Origin: an uncultured virus (IMG/VR IMGVR_UViG_3300021400_003815)
Lineage: Duplodnaviria > Heunggongvirae > Uroviricota > Caudoviricetes
IMG/VR virus record: IMGVR_UViG_3300021400_003815
Direction: 5' to 3' (one strand)
DNA length: 43,290 nt
Within the stretch, counting starts at the first letter, position 1, and the number at the start of each line of letters is the position of its first letter. A program made the translations under genes and the position numbers. This document shows, piece after piece, positions 9,409 through 18,951 of this stretch. The notes below the pieces were generated by a model. The model searched no databases. It saw only the letters and a list, made by a program, of their open reading frames with translations, and was not told the DNA's origin.

Positions 9409-9594
9409 ACTGCTCATCAAAATTTTCAATACTGATACTCAAATTTTAACCCAACTGCCCCTCAAATTTTTTCAAGTCTGATATAATTTTTCAACCTTAC
9501 CTTCAACTTTAAATAACCAATTTTAATTTTTCAATATAGTTGAAATAGCACTTACTGCTACCAATTTTTAACCCTACTGATTCAATTTTAAATT
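9409..9594. repeat. Degenerate ~22-bp iteron-like direct repeats (ACTG-N3-6-CAA(A)TTTT)
   Basis: Units start at 9409, 9431, 9454, 9477 and at 9554, 9576 (22-23 bp period). Confidence 0.6.
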
Positions 9595-9648
9595 CCCTTA
9601 ACAATTATTCAATGCTTATCACATTTTCCATAACTGCTTTAATCTCTT

Positions 9649-10956
9649 TTAATAAACATCCTCATCATTTTGTTTCATTATATCAGCTCTTACAGCATCT
9701 TGCTTACCCTGTATTGGTATTAACTTTGTCTTAAAATGCTCTATAGGTTTAAACCTAACATACATTATTCCACCATACTGTTTATTAACACCATTATAAA
9801 CCTTAGCTAGTTTATTCAACAGGTCTTTTTCAAAATAGCCGTAATCATATACTCTAGCACCTGTCTCACTCTTATTTATCATATCTCTATCATTAAATAT
9901 ATCTGCATACACATAAATTCTAGTGCCACCAGCACATATAATTTCAACCATACCGCAATGACTTCCAGGCTTACGTGTACTTACAAAGATTGCAAATCTA
10001 TTTAACATACGAACATATTTATTATTAATAGCTACAACCCTAGTACTCTCTGTCTGTAACTCTCCAGCATCATTGTATCTATTAATATTTATAGTCTTTA
10101 CTTCTCCTACACCATCTACCTTAGGTTTAACTCCATAAGGTACAACAGGCATCCTATTAGTCTTTATAGTAGTATTAGTACCATTATTATCTACCATGAT
10201 ATAACATTTGTCTTTAAGCTCCATATATCTACTACTATTGTATATAGAAAATAACTTATCTGTTATACCATCAACCATAACAAGCTTGTTCAATCTACTC
10301 ATATTGACAGGCTTAAACAACTCTCTGTTACTAATCTTATTTCTACCAACACCAAAGTGCTTATAAATATAATTATAATGCCTAACTAAAACATCAACAC
10401 TGTGCAATACCTCACTATCATATGAGTCAAATTCTTTTGCACTTCTAACCTTATTTAAAGCTACTGATAGTTCTTTGTTAGCTTGTGTTCTTTTTACTTT
10501 AATTAAGTACATTACAAAACCAACAAGATTTACCTGAGTGTTTACATCAATTCCATACAGATTATGAAGACTTATACCTATTGTATTAAAATCAAACTTA
10601 TTGACTCCATGTTTAGCCAGATATCCTATAACATTATCAGCAGCTGATATTATGTTATTATTAAAGCCTAATACTATAAGGTCATTAACAGACAATGTGT
10701 TACCACTTACACTCTGAATGACTGCTTGACCTTTCTCTTGTCTCTTTTGCTCAGCCTTATTATATCTGTTTACTTCTCTCTCATATTCTTTCTGCTGCCT
10801 ATTAACTTCCCTAATGTATGCCTTTTGTTGTCTGTTATCTTCTCTCTGAATCTCACGCTGCTGCCTGTTATATTCTCTCACTTGTGCTTTCTGCATACGC
10901 TCTAATTCTTTTTGTTGTCTATTCATTTCTTTCATATAGTAACTATTCTGATTCAT
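9649..10956 (-). CDS. Hypothetical protein with N-terminal 11-aa coiled-coil repeats
   Basis: NRQQREIQRED/NRQQKAYIREV/NRQQKEYEREV repeats; GAGG RBS; remainder unrecognised. Confidence 0.75.
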   Translation of the reverse strand: MNQNSYYMKEMNRQQKELERMQKAQVREYNRQQREIQREDNRQQKAYIREVNRQQKEYEREVNRYNKAEQKRQEKGQAVIQSVSGNTLSVNDLIVLGFNNNIISAADNVIGYLAKHGVNKFDFNTIGISLHNLYGIDVNTQVNLVGFVMYLIKVKRTQANKELSVALNKVRSAKEFDSYDSEVLHSVDVLVRHYNYIYKHFGVGRNKISNRELFKPVNMSRLNKLVMVDGITDKLFSIYNSSRYMELKDKCYIMVDNNGTNTTIKTNRMPVVPYGVKPKVDGVGEVKTININRYNDAGELQTESTRVVAINNKYVRMLNRFAIFVSTRKPGSHCGMVEIICAGGTRIYVYADIFNDRDMINKSETGARVYDYGYFEKDLLNKLAKVYNGVNKQYGGIMYVRFKPIEHFKTKLIPIQGKQDAVRADIMKQNDEDVY

Positions 10957-11045
10957 AGCATCAACCTCTATATAAACTCAAACTAAGTTCTTTTTAATTT
11001 TATACTTTAAATACTAAATCAAGCTCTTTAAAAATCTTGATAAAT

Positions 11046-11073
11046 AAAAATACACACCCGAAGGTGTGTATTT
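11046..11073 (-). terminator. Rho-independent terminator with C(UUCG)G tetraloop
   Basis: Minus strand reads AAATACACACC-TTCG-GGTGTGTATTT followed by further Ts. Confidence 0.88.
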
Positions 11074-11084
11074 AAGTTCACTAG

Positions 11085-12017
11085 TTACTTTACAAGACTA
11101 TTCATTTTATACTTAGAATACATTTCATTTCTTGACTCTTTAGTATCCTTCTTAACTGGCTTTTCAACATCAAACTCACGATACTCAGCCATCTTTAAGC
11201 TCTTTAAAGCCTGCTCTAATGCTTCTTCATTCTTTTTCTTATAGACATCTACATACTTCTCAAGCACTTCCTTAACAACATCTTTATTAGCAAGTGTCTT
11301 AAAATCAAAACCATCAGAATCAAGTTTCTTAACAAATGTATCAAATGCTTTATGTCCAAAACCTTTTATACCACTGATTCCATCTACTTTATCTCCGACC
11401 ATAGACAGATATAATAAGATGCTATTATAAGGAACTCTGCACTTAAACTTCTCAGTTAAGTAACCTTCATAATTCTTTATGTTTACTTCCTCGTAACCTG
11501 ACTTATATGTACTGCTTCTCATAACACATGCATTGTCACATACATTAATCATAAGGTCTTTATCAGGTGTATAAATGACATTGTAATCAAACTCTGATTT
11601 ATATTTATTCACTAAGTTATAAACAAGATCATCAGCTTCCTTACCATCTATCTTATATGTATTATAACCTATCTTCTCATAGAACTCTTTAAGTTTTCTA
11701 TGATTATCAAAATCATCTTCACTGAGCTTACTTACTCTATCTGCTTTATAATCAGTATCCTCTTCTTTTCTATCTGACTTACTATCAAAACAAATAGATA
11801 CTGTTATCTCACCAGAAGGGTCATGCTTAAGTATATTCTCTCTGAAACCCTCAATTTCCTTGCTTATGTAGAATAGATAAGTTGTATCTACTGTAGTTCC
11901 ATCTACTTCAGCACTGAGTCTCTGTAAGTACCCTCTACCATTATCTGCACTCTGAAGTCTAAAGAAATACTTATAATACAAATAGCTAAAATCTACAATT
12001 ATGTGATACTTTCCCAT
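11085..12017 (-). CDS. Stand-alone 5'-3' exonuclease/flap endonuclease (Pol I N-terminal-like, PIN + H3TH)
   Basis: IVDFSYLYY, CFDS...R...YKADR, EADDL, TPDKDL, GDKVDGISGIKGFGHK. Confidence 0.9.
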   Translation of the reverse strand: MGKYHIIVDFSYLYYKYFFRLQSADNGRGYLQRLSAEVDGTTVDTTYLFYISKEIEGFRENILKHDPSGEITVSICFDSKSDRKEEDTDYKADRVSKLSEDDFDNHRKLKEFYEKIGYNTYKIDGKEADDLVYNLVNKYKSEFDYNVIYTPDKDLMINVCDNACVMRSSTYKSGYEEVNIKNYEGYLTEKFKCRVPYNSILLYLSMVGDKVDGISGIKGFGHKAFDTFVKKLDSDGFDFKTLANKDVVKEVLEKYVDVYKKKNEEALEQALKSLKMAEYREFDVEKPVKKDTKESRNEMYSKYKMNSLVK

Positions 12018-12042
12018 TACATTTGCTCCTTAAACTAAGTTA

Positions 12043-13119
12043 TTATAAATTAATTAAATTACACTTAGTACTACCTAAAGGGGCAATATAATCTTTACAG
12101 GTACCAACATATAAACACAAATCATTAATATATTTTTTATAGTAGCTATCTACCTTAAGCTCTGAAATCTCCTTATTAATCTTAATGTATAATCCGTTCC
12201 ACTCACCTGCTAAATGTATATCTCTTAAATCAGTAACCTCATCACCTTTATATACATATAATCCGTCGCAATCAATAACAAATGTCGTGTCTGCTACTTT
12301 AACAGCTATTGGTTTAAAAAATCCATAAGGTGTCATTTCTAATATTGTATGTCTAGCAAATCCTCTAGGCTTAGCTAAAATTACATCTGCTAAATTATAT
12401 GTCTTACCATATTCCTCAATGTTAACTCTATATTTCTTATTGGTCTTTCCATCTTCTATACGAGTTACTAACTCTTGATACTCAATTACATTTGTATTCT
12501 CAGTGCCCTCTTCAACTTTAACTTCTGCTTTCTTTCTTCCTCTCTTATGCTTTTTAACCTCTTCAGTGCTCTCTTCATTTAAACTCTCTGAGTTATTTTC
12601 ATCACTTGCTACTTTTCTTCTTCTCTTAGGTGTCTTATTATCATCTCCTAATCTAACACCCCATCTAATTGCACTGACCTCAGTTTTCTCTACCTTGCCT
12701 CTACCTTTACTTCCATCATCCCAGTTAACTCTAACCTCAAGCTTAGTATTAGGTCTAAATGGTATAATCTGATATCTTCTGTTATTAATATCTTCTAATG
12801 TTATATCATCCTTTCTATCAGCATCACTTAAACCTGCTCTGTAGTTATCTACAGCCTCACTAACATTTATTCCAAAATCACCCTCAAATACTTGCTTATT
12901 TACATCAATTTTTTTAGTCTTATAAATTTTAGCTACTGACCCATCTAAATACATTTCATCAGCCACACAATATATAGTCTCACCATAAGACTCACTTGTT
13001 CGCCCTAAATAGGAACAAGATTTACTAACATTATTAATGAATCTATAGGTCTTTTCTCCTATAGCCATCTTACAAAATCCGTTACAATACTTGCTGCCAC
13101 AACTCTTACAAATGCCCAT
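12043..13119 (-). CDS. Hypothetical protein with N-terminal Cys4 cluster
   Basis: CKSC...CNGFC at the N-terminus; charged low-complexity insert; GGAG RBS. Confidence 0.7.
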   Translation of the reverse strand: MGICKSCGSKYCNGFCKMAIGEKTYRFINNVSKSCSYLGRTSESYGETIYCVADEMYLDGSVAKIYKTKKIDVNKQVFEGDFGINVSEAVDNYRAGLSDADRKDDITLEDINNRRYQIIPFRPNTKLEVRVNWDDGSKGRGKVEKTEVSAIRWGVRLGDDNKTPKRRRKVASDENNSESLNEESTEEVKKHKRGRKKAEVKVEEGTENTNVIEYQELVTRIEDGKTNKKYRVNIEEYGKTYNLADVILAKPRGFARHTILEMTPYGFFKPIAVKVADTTFVIDCDGLYVYKGDEVTDLRDIHLAGEWNGLYIKINKEISELKVDSYYKKYINDLCLYVGTCKDYIAPLGSTKCNLINL

Positions 13120-13142
13120 ATATACTCTCCTAAGTTTATATT

Positions 13143-13174
13143 AAAAATGCAGAGGCTTTTTACACCCCTGCATT
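13143..13174 (-). terminator. Rho-independent terminator
   Basis: AATGCAGGGG...CCTCTGCATT plus U-tract on the minus strand. Confidence 0.7.
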
Positions 13175-13197
13175 AAATACTTAAGATGAAAAGCCTT

Positions 13198-13824
13198 CTA
13201 CTTAAATTCGAGTATGCCCTTAACTTCACACATACCACTTAATTCTTTATACAAACTTTTCAAATCAATGACACTATTTAAGTTTATCTTATTTAGCGAT
13301 TGCACTGTGTTAAAATCTACAGCAACTTGCTCACCATTTATAAATGTATAATCTATACTAAATATAGGTAATCTTATCAAACTATTGTATTTACTCTCCA
13401 ACTCCTGTATACTATACAAGTAACTCTCTACCAAACCTGTATTCTTTATGATAACCCAGAATCTTCTCTTTCCAACCTGCACATATTTATATGTGTATCC
13501 ATCATATTGAGGACTAAGTACGCTACACAATTTATTCTGATACATCATATTAGCTTCAGCATATGTTGTAATCACCTTTCCTAGACCATTATGCTTAGTT
13601 ATATCGCTATAAACAACTAATAATTGGTTATTAGGAACATATATACTTGATACAGGAACTATATCTATAGTCTTTATGCCTAGTTGTTTAAGTTTTTTAA
13701 TCTCTTCAACTTTATTATTGTATAACCTTGTCCTTTTATATTCTATATTCTTTCCTGATGTATCATTAAAGTTTGATACATATGTATCATAAAAATCAAC
13801 AAAGTCTGATTTTATACTAATCAT
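13198..13824 (-). CDS. Hypothetical protein, possible divergent ATP-grasp fold
   Basis: C-terminal IFSIDY...VAVDFN resembles the ATP-grasp D...(E/D)xN pattern. Confidence 0.45.
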   Translation of the reverse strand: MISIKSDFVDFYDTYVSNFNDTSGKNIEYKRTRLYNNKVEEIKKLKQLGIKTIDIVPVSSIYVPNNQLLVVYSDITKHNGLGKVITTYAEANMMYQNKLCSVLSPQYDGYTYKYVQVGKRRFWVIIKNTGLVESYLYSIQELESKYNSLIRLPIFSIDYTFINGEQVAVDFNTVQSLNKINLNSVIDLKSLYKELSGMCEVKGILEFK

Positions 13825-14030
13825 ATTTTCTCACTAAGTAATTCAATGTCATTCTCAAGTTCTTCTATGTCAACCCCAGGCTCTAGATGCTTAATTTCAA
13901 ACTTACCTTTATCCTTAGATGTTTCATTAAGCATCTCAAGTAAAGGTTTAAGCTCCTCTTCACTACCTGAAGTTACATAAACAACTTTATCATCACTCAT
14001 CCTCAATACTATTGCATAATCAGCTACCAT
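13821..14030 (-). CDS. Small acidic hypothetical protein
   Basis: 69 aa; abuts the upstream gene and overlaps the downstream one by 4 bp; GAGG RBS. Confidence 0.7.
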   Translation of the reverse strand: MVADYAIVLRMSDDKVVYVTSGSEEELKPLLEMLNETSKDKGKFEIKHLEPGVDIEELENDIELLSEKI

Positions 14031-15611
14031 TTATATAGTTACCTCACTTGCAGTAAATATACTACCTATGTTTTCAAAAAGCTTAGGAGTCTGTTTACTA
14101 TTATCACTTGCAACATCAAACATATTTTCTATGTTCATATCATCTGTCTCTGAATCAGTTCCAATAACATCAATCTTATTCATAGCTTCTTCTAATTTAC
14201 TCTTGTTAACCTCAACATCATTGCTGTATATCTTTTCTATTATTGAAGCCTGCTTTTCAGAACAAACTTTATTTTTCTTTATTCTATTGCATATGTCAAT
14301 AACCATACTGTAAAAGCTATTATTCTTATAGCCTTTCTTATTTGTAACAAACTTCTTTACTTCAACTGACTTCTTAAGTAACTCATCTGAATATTTATTA
14401 TAATCATCTGCTACTTGAACTGCATTTGAAGTAGTCTTAAACTTGCTTGCATCCTTATCACCAGTAATCTTCTTATTGTTAACAATCTTATTATAATTGT
14501 CCTCAATAATTTTATACTGCTTCTCACTTAACTCATACTTTTTCTTTCTTATACAATCAGATGCTATCTTCCATGCAAGCTTAGAATACCAATCACCATA
14601 ATCAGGGTCAAGCTCTTTCTTAACAAGCTTTAACATATTTACTATCTTAATATCTTCTTCAAGCTCATCATCAGCACTGTCAAGATACTCTATAGGAGCA
14701 TTGCCTGCCAGTATCTTCTTCTGGTCACTCCCTAAAAAATCACCGTCTACTACATATGTTAGAGCTGATATAATCTCATTTACATTAGACTCTATCATAT
14801 CCTCAGTGCTTTTACACTCAACTAACTTAGCTCTCTTATAATAATTATTGTTATTTGTTAAAACCCAAGTAGCTATATAAATGTTTCTCTCAGCCTCTTC
14901 TGATATTAACAATTCTTTTTTCTTAACTACACCAGCTGGCATTTTCCTAACTTCACGCTTAGTAGCTAATCTCTCACCGTACTCTCCATAAACTACAAGA
15001 GTTTCTTTATATAACTTATTTGCTATTGTTTCCATTAAAGAGATTTTATGCTTACCATTACCAGTCACTACATCATATGCTTCAAGTATCTTACAAATAA
15101 TAATGAAACTATTCTCAACTAACTCATTGTTTCCACTGTCTCTTATTATATTTAATAAGTACTTTATAAATTCTACTTTATTAGCATTGATATTCTGAAT
15201 GTTAATATGATATTTAGAAGCTAGCTTATTAAGCTTGCTCTTAAGAATACTACTCTTTATATTAAAGTTATATTCTGATATAAGAGACTCACTTAAAGGT
15301 AACTTCTTCTCTACTAGCTCCTTAAACTCATCAGCTAGCTTTCCATCATAACTCTTAAGAGTTTCCTCAATATCAGGATAGTTCTCACTCGCATAAGTTG
15401 GAAGCTTAGAGTTTAATCTTACATAAGCACATATATTTAGCTCTGACTGTAACTTACTTTTTCTAAAAGCTCTTTTACTAGCTGGACCCTCATCACCAAT
15501 CAATATATCAAAAGCTTTATCATAAATCTCAAACTCTTCTGAACTAAAAGCTGCCTTTATCATTTCATCATCAGAGCTATATTGTGCTCTAAGTCTACTA
15601 TAATCAATCAT
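14031..15611 (-). CDS. Hypothetical helical protein
   Basis: 526-aa ORF with RBS; two SEKQxxII motifs in the C-terminal part. Confidence 0.75.
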   Translation of the reverse strand: MIDYSRLRAQYSSDDEMIKAAFSSEEFEIYDKAFDILIGDEGPASKRAFRKSKLQSELNICAYVRLNSKLPTYASENYPDIEETLKSYDGKLADEFKELVEKKLPLSESLISEYNFNIKSSILKSKLNKLASKYHINIQNINANKVEFIKYLLNIIRDSGNNELVENSFIIICKILEAYDVVTGNGKHKISLMETIANKLYKETLVVYGEYGERLATKREVRKMPAGVVKKKELLISEEAERNIYIATWVLTNNNNYYKRAKLVECKSTEDMIESNVNEIISALTYVVDGDFLGSDQKKILAGNAPIEYLDSADDELEEDIKIVNMLKLVKKELDPDYGDWYSKLAWKIASDCIRKKKYELSEKQYKIIEDNYNKIVNNKKITGDKDASKFKTTSNAVQVADDYNKYSDELLKKSVEVKKFVTNKKGYKNNSFYSMVIDICNRIKKNKVCSEKQASIIEKIYSNDVEVNKSKLEEAMNKIDVIGTDSETDDMNIENMFDVASDNSKQTPKLFENIGSIFTASEVTI

Positions 15612-15641
15612 ACTGTCTCACCTATATAATAAATTTGACAT

Positions 15642-16412
15642 TTACAATAACATACTTGACATACTTGCTAATCCATCAAGATCAGCCTGAACTTCTTCCT
15701 CACTGTTATCATTAATATCATCCTCTACTACAAATGAGCTATCTGTTTTTATACTGCTAGCAAACTTATTTATCTTTTCATTTCCCTTAAGATAATCACT
15801 TTTCTCTAATTTGTCTATTGACTTCTTAGCCTGTCTTACATTTTCTTTCGTAGCTTCTAAGTCTACTTTATTAACCTGCTGTGATGACTCATAATTTTCT
15901 TTTATTTCATTTACTATACCATCATAGTAATTAATTATAAACTCAAGCATCTCATCTACATTCTTATTTACTTCATTTATCTTTTCAGAAGTATATTTAG
16001 ACTCAAGATTGCCTATACCTAATATTCTACAAAGGTCATCTGTTTGTTTCCTAAGCATGAACTGAGCCATCATAAGATTCTTAGCCCTATCCTCAATGCC
16101 TATCTTCTTTCCAAATAAGGTCAACATATATAACTTATTTGTCATTTCGTAGATAGAATCTATTTTAGACTTAAGTTCATCAACCTTAGCTGTTGTCTCT
16201 GCAAAAAACTTTTTTCTATCCCCAGCTATGTTATCTGCAACTCCAAATTCCTTTCTGAATTGCTCATTATACTTATAGGCGAACCTTATAGTGTTATTGA
16301 TAAACCCACCAAGCTTGTGCTGGGCACGAAGTTTATCAACTTCTTCTACTATGTCCTTTTCTTGCTCTGAATCAAAAAATAAGGTTGCCCCTAATTTAAC
16401 TTTAGAAATCAT
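15642..16412 (-). CDS. Putative ParR-like ribbon-helix-helix DNA-binding protein with coiled coil and acidic tail
   Basis: N-terminal strand-helix-helix pattern KLGATLFFDSEQEKDIVEEVDKL...LGGFINNTIRFAY; two genes downstream of ParM; start reassigned to ATG 16412 behind GAGGT. Confidence 0.5.
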   Translation of the reverse strand: MISKVKLGATLFFDSEQEKDIVEEVDKLRAQHKLGGFINNTIRFAYKYNEQFRKEFGVADNIAGDRKKFFAETTAKVDELKSKIDSIYEMTNKLYMLTLFGKKIGIEDRAKNLMMAQFMLRKQTDDLCRILGIGNLESKYTSEKINEVNKNVDEMLEFIINYYDGIVNEIKENYESSQQVNKVDLEATKENVRQAKKSIDKLEKSDYLKGNEKINKFASSIKTDSSFVVEDDINDNSEEEVQADLDGLASMSSMLL

Positions 16413-16419
16413 AATATTT

Positions 16420-18924
16420 TTAAATACCTCTCGCCACAAGCTTGTTAAGTTCATCAAGCTTACTGTTCATTACTCTTACTTTATCAAAAGTAATACTCTT
16501 ACCAAATATAACATCAGTATAAGGGAATATGATATATGGCGCCTTGCTTAAACACTTATTCATCAATGTTGTCATCTCATTACTACGAGATAAATTCAAC
16601 AACCATATAGCCTTACTCTTACTTAACTTCTCAGAACTAAGTCTAAGAGTTAAACTTCTCATGTCATTTCCATCATGTCTTGCTACAAGTATCTTCTTGA
16701 AGCATATACCATCTAACATTCTCTGTATAGCACTCTGAACTTCAGAACCTCCAACTCTTCCACAATCACATACAATGTAATCATATTTATTTCCTAAGTA
16801 TGTAAGGAACTGAGTAAAGTCAGCCGCCATTAACATATTGATACTAGGTTTAGCATATACTCCACTTATATAGTCAAGAACCTTTCCATCCCTAGTTCTT
16901 AATACATTTTTAATAAGCAACTTCTCATTATCTATAAAGTAATCTATATCTTTATATAAGAATGTTCCTAAACCTGTCATGTATATAGCTGATTCAGCTG
17001 TAAAATCAGGTAATGTCTTTGACATAGGTGACAAATTGGTTTCTACACCAGCCATTTTACTAAGATACTCATTAGCCTTAGGTGATACAATATCTAAATC
17101 TAATAGTAATATCTTACCTTTTAATATGCTGCATAAACTAGCTGCTGTATTAGTTACTCCAACCGAACCGCTACCACATACATATAATATACTAGCCCTA
17201 CCTGTATAATCACACTCAAATGTAATCTCTGAATTAAACCTTGATGCTCTCATTATAGACTCATTGGTTCTTTTTAACTCTTCAACTTGACTTGACAGAT
17301 TACCAATTCTACTCTCCTGAGAATTTATCTTAACTTGAGCGTCATTCAATCTCTTCTGATAAACTCCAATCTCTCCTAACATAGCATCATTTGTTTTTCC
17401 AAGTATATTATTTTCTGTATCCAATGATGCTAAATCAAGTGACTGCAAATCAGTTAGCTTTTTATTAGCCTCTATAAGCTTAGAAGATACTTCCCTAAAC
17501 TTACCCTGCAACTGTACAAACTTACTCGATATTTCATTTTTCTCAGTCTCTAACTTATTAATCGTATTGTTAGAAGTTGCAACCATCTGCTCTATCTTCT
17601 TTTCATACTTCCTTGCAACTTCTTTTATTTTTCCATCTTTTTCAGCTAATGTACCTTGAAGTTCAACCATCTCACCTTGAAGTGATGTATAGTTATCTTG
17701 CAAAGCCATTGACTCTTTCAGTAAGTTATTGTACTCAGTTACTTTGCTATCAAGTAACTCCTTATTCTTAATTGCTTTATTACTAACTTCAACAAGAATA
17801 CTTGCAAATTTCTTACGAGCTTCATTCTCATCCTTAAACTTACTCTTATACTTATTAAGTTCAGAGTCATTGTTCTCAAGAACCTCAATCTTCTTTTCAA
17901 GCTCTTTCTGTTCTGACTCCTTCTTCTTAATTACCTCACTTAACTGATTTATTCTTTGATTAAGCTGTTCAATATCTGATACCTGAATATTTAACTCATC
18001 AATGGTCTTATTAAGTTCTGCTATACGAGCTTCATATTCATCCTTGCTACTATCACCGAATGTAACTTCAGTAACATCTTTATCAAGAGCAATTTTCTCT
18101 AACCTTGATACTAATTCATTCTTCTCAGCTTCAATTACACTCTTTAAATTATTGACTATCTTTAATCTATTAAGTGTATTCTCTAACCTATTAGATGTAT
18201 CTTCAATTATCTTATCTTTTTCTTCAAGTTCCTTTTGAATATCCTCAGATAATACTACAGTATCTTTATCCTTATTATCTGACTCAGTATCTTCAAATAA
18301 ACTCTCAATATTGAAACTCTCAATGTCATGCTTTGACTTAATAGTCTCGCTTATTTCAATATCTTCCTCTTCTTCATCTTCATTAGAGGCTGCATCTTCA
18401 TTAGCAGAGATTGCTTTTATGATATCAGCAATATCTTTATTTGCTTGCTCATTTTTCTCAGTATCTATGCTTTCTACAACAGTACTTTCTTCTTCTGTAC
18501 TACTCTCATCAAACAAATCCATAGAAACATCATTGTTTTCCTCAATGACTTTATTCTCTGTATGAAGTAATCCAGATGTCAGAACATCTACACTGAACTT
18601 GTTAGCCAGCAACTCTTGCAAGTTATTTAAACCAACAGCTGTATCAATATTATTTTCAGAGCAAACAGAACTTAGCTTTTCATCTATCTGCTGCTCTTCT
18701 GAGTAAACCACTACTGGTATATTAAACTCTTTACTTCTTGAGTTTATATCCAGTAGCTTATCATACTCATCATCAGCTAACCCATCTATTATAATGGTAT
18801 TTATATTTTCGTTGAGATTATCAACGAAGTAATTAAGTTCATTCCATGAAATTGCTCTGTATGCTTTAGTGTTTCTAAGTCTTATCTTAGACCTAGATGA
18901 TACTTTAATTACTGTTGATAACAT
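16420..18924 (-). CDS. Receiver-like / long coiled-coil / MinD-ParA(CpaE)-like ATPase fusion
   Basis: Heptad-rich region at about aa 225-560; C-terminal VCGSGSVGVT (deviant Walker A), LLLDLD, YDYIVCDCG; N-terminal IIIDG...IPVVVYS is receiver-like. Confidence 0.7.
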   Translation of the reverse strand: MLSTVIKVSSRSKIRLRNTKAYRAISWNELNYFVDNLNENINTIIIDGLADDEYDKLLDINSRSKEFNIPVVVYSEEQQIDEKLSSVCSENNIDTAVGLNNLQELLANKFSVDVLTSGLLHTENKVIEENNDVSMDLFDESSTEEESTVVESIDTEKNEQANKDIADIIKAISANEDAASNEDEEEEDIEISETIKSKHDIESFNIESLFEDTESDNKDKDTVVLSEDIQKELEEKDKIIEDTSNRLENTLNRLKIVNNLKSVIEAEKNELVSRLEKIALDKDVTEVTFGDSSKDEYEARIAELNKTIDELNIQVSDIEQLNQRINQLSEVIKKKESEQKELEKKIEVLENNDSELNKYKSKFKDENEARKKFASILVEVSNKAIKNKELLDSKVTEYNNLLKESMALQDNYTSLQGEMVELQGTLAEKDGKIKEVARKYEKKIEQMVATSNNTINKLETEKNEISSKFVQLQGKFREVSSKLIEANKKLTDLQSLDLASLDTENNILGKTNDAMLGEIGVYQKRLNDAQVKINSQESRIGNLSSQVEELKRTNESIMRASRFNSEITFECDYTGRASILYVCGSGSVGVTNTAASLCSILKGKILLLDLDIVSPKANEYLSKMAGVETNLSPMSKTLPDFTAESAIYMTGLGTFLYKDIDYFIDNEKLLIKNVLRTRDGKVLDYISGVYAKPSINMLMAADFTQFLTYLGNKYDYIVCDCGRVGGSEVQSAIQRMLDGICFKKILVARHDGNDMRSLTLRLSSEKLSKSKAIWLLNLSRSNEMTTLMNKCLSKAPYIIFPYTDVIFGKSITFDKVRVMNSKLDELNKLVARGI

Positions 18925-18951
18925 TTATTCTTACTCCTATAACTTAAACTC

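Larger units (their letters stand above)
9100..9648. other. Candidate replication origin
   Basis: Longest internal non-coding gap; DnaA boxes, iteron-like repeats and AT-rich tracts; lies between the polymerase and 5'-3' exonuclease genes. Confidence 0.6.

Noticed and set aside
9168..9594. Possible CRISPR array
   Set aside because: Repeats are short and degenerate with no unique 30-40 bp spacers; no cas genes
9100..9648. Chromosomal oriC
   Set aside because: No dnaA, dnaN, rpmH or gyrB nearby and no switch in gene orientation
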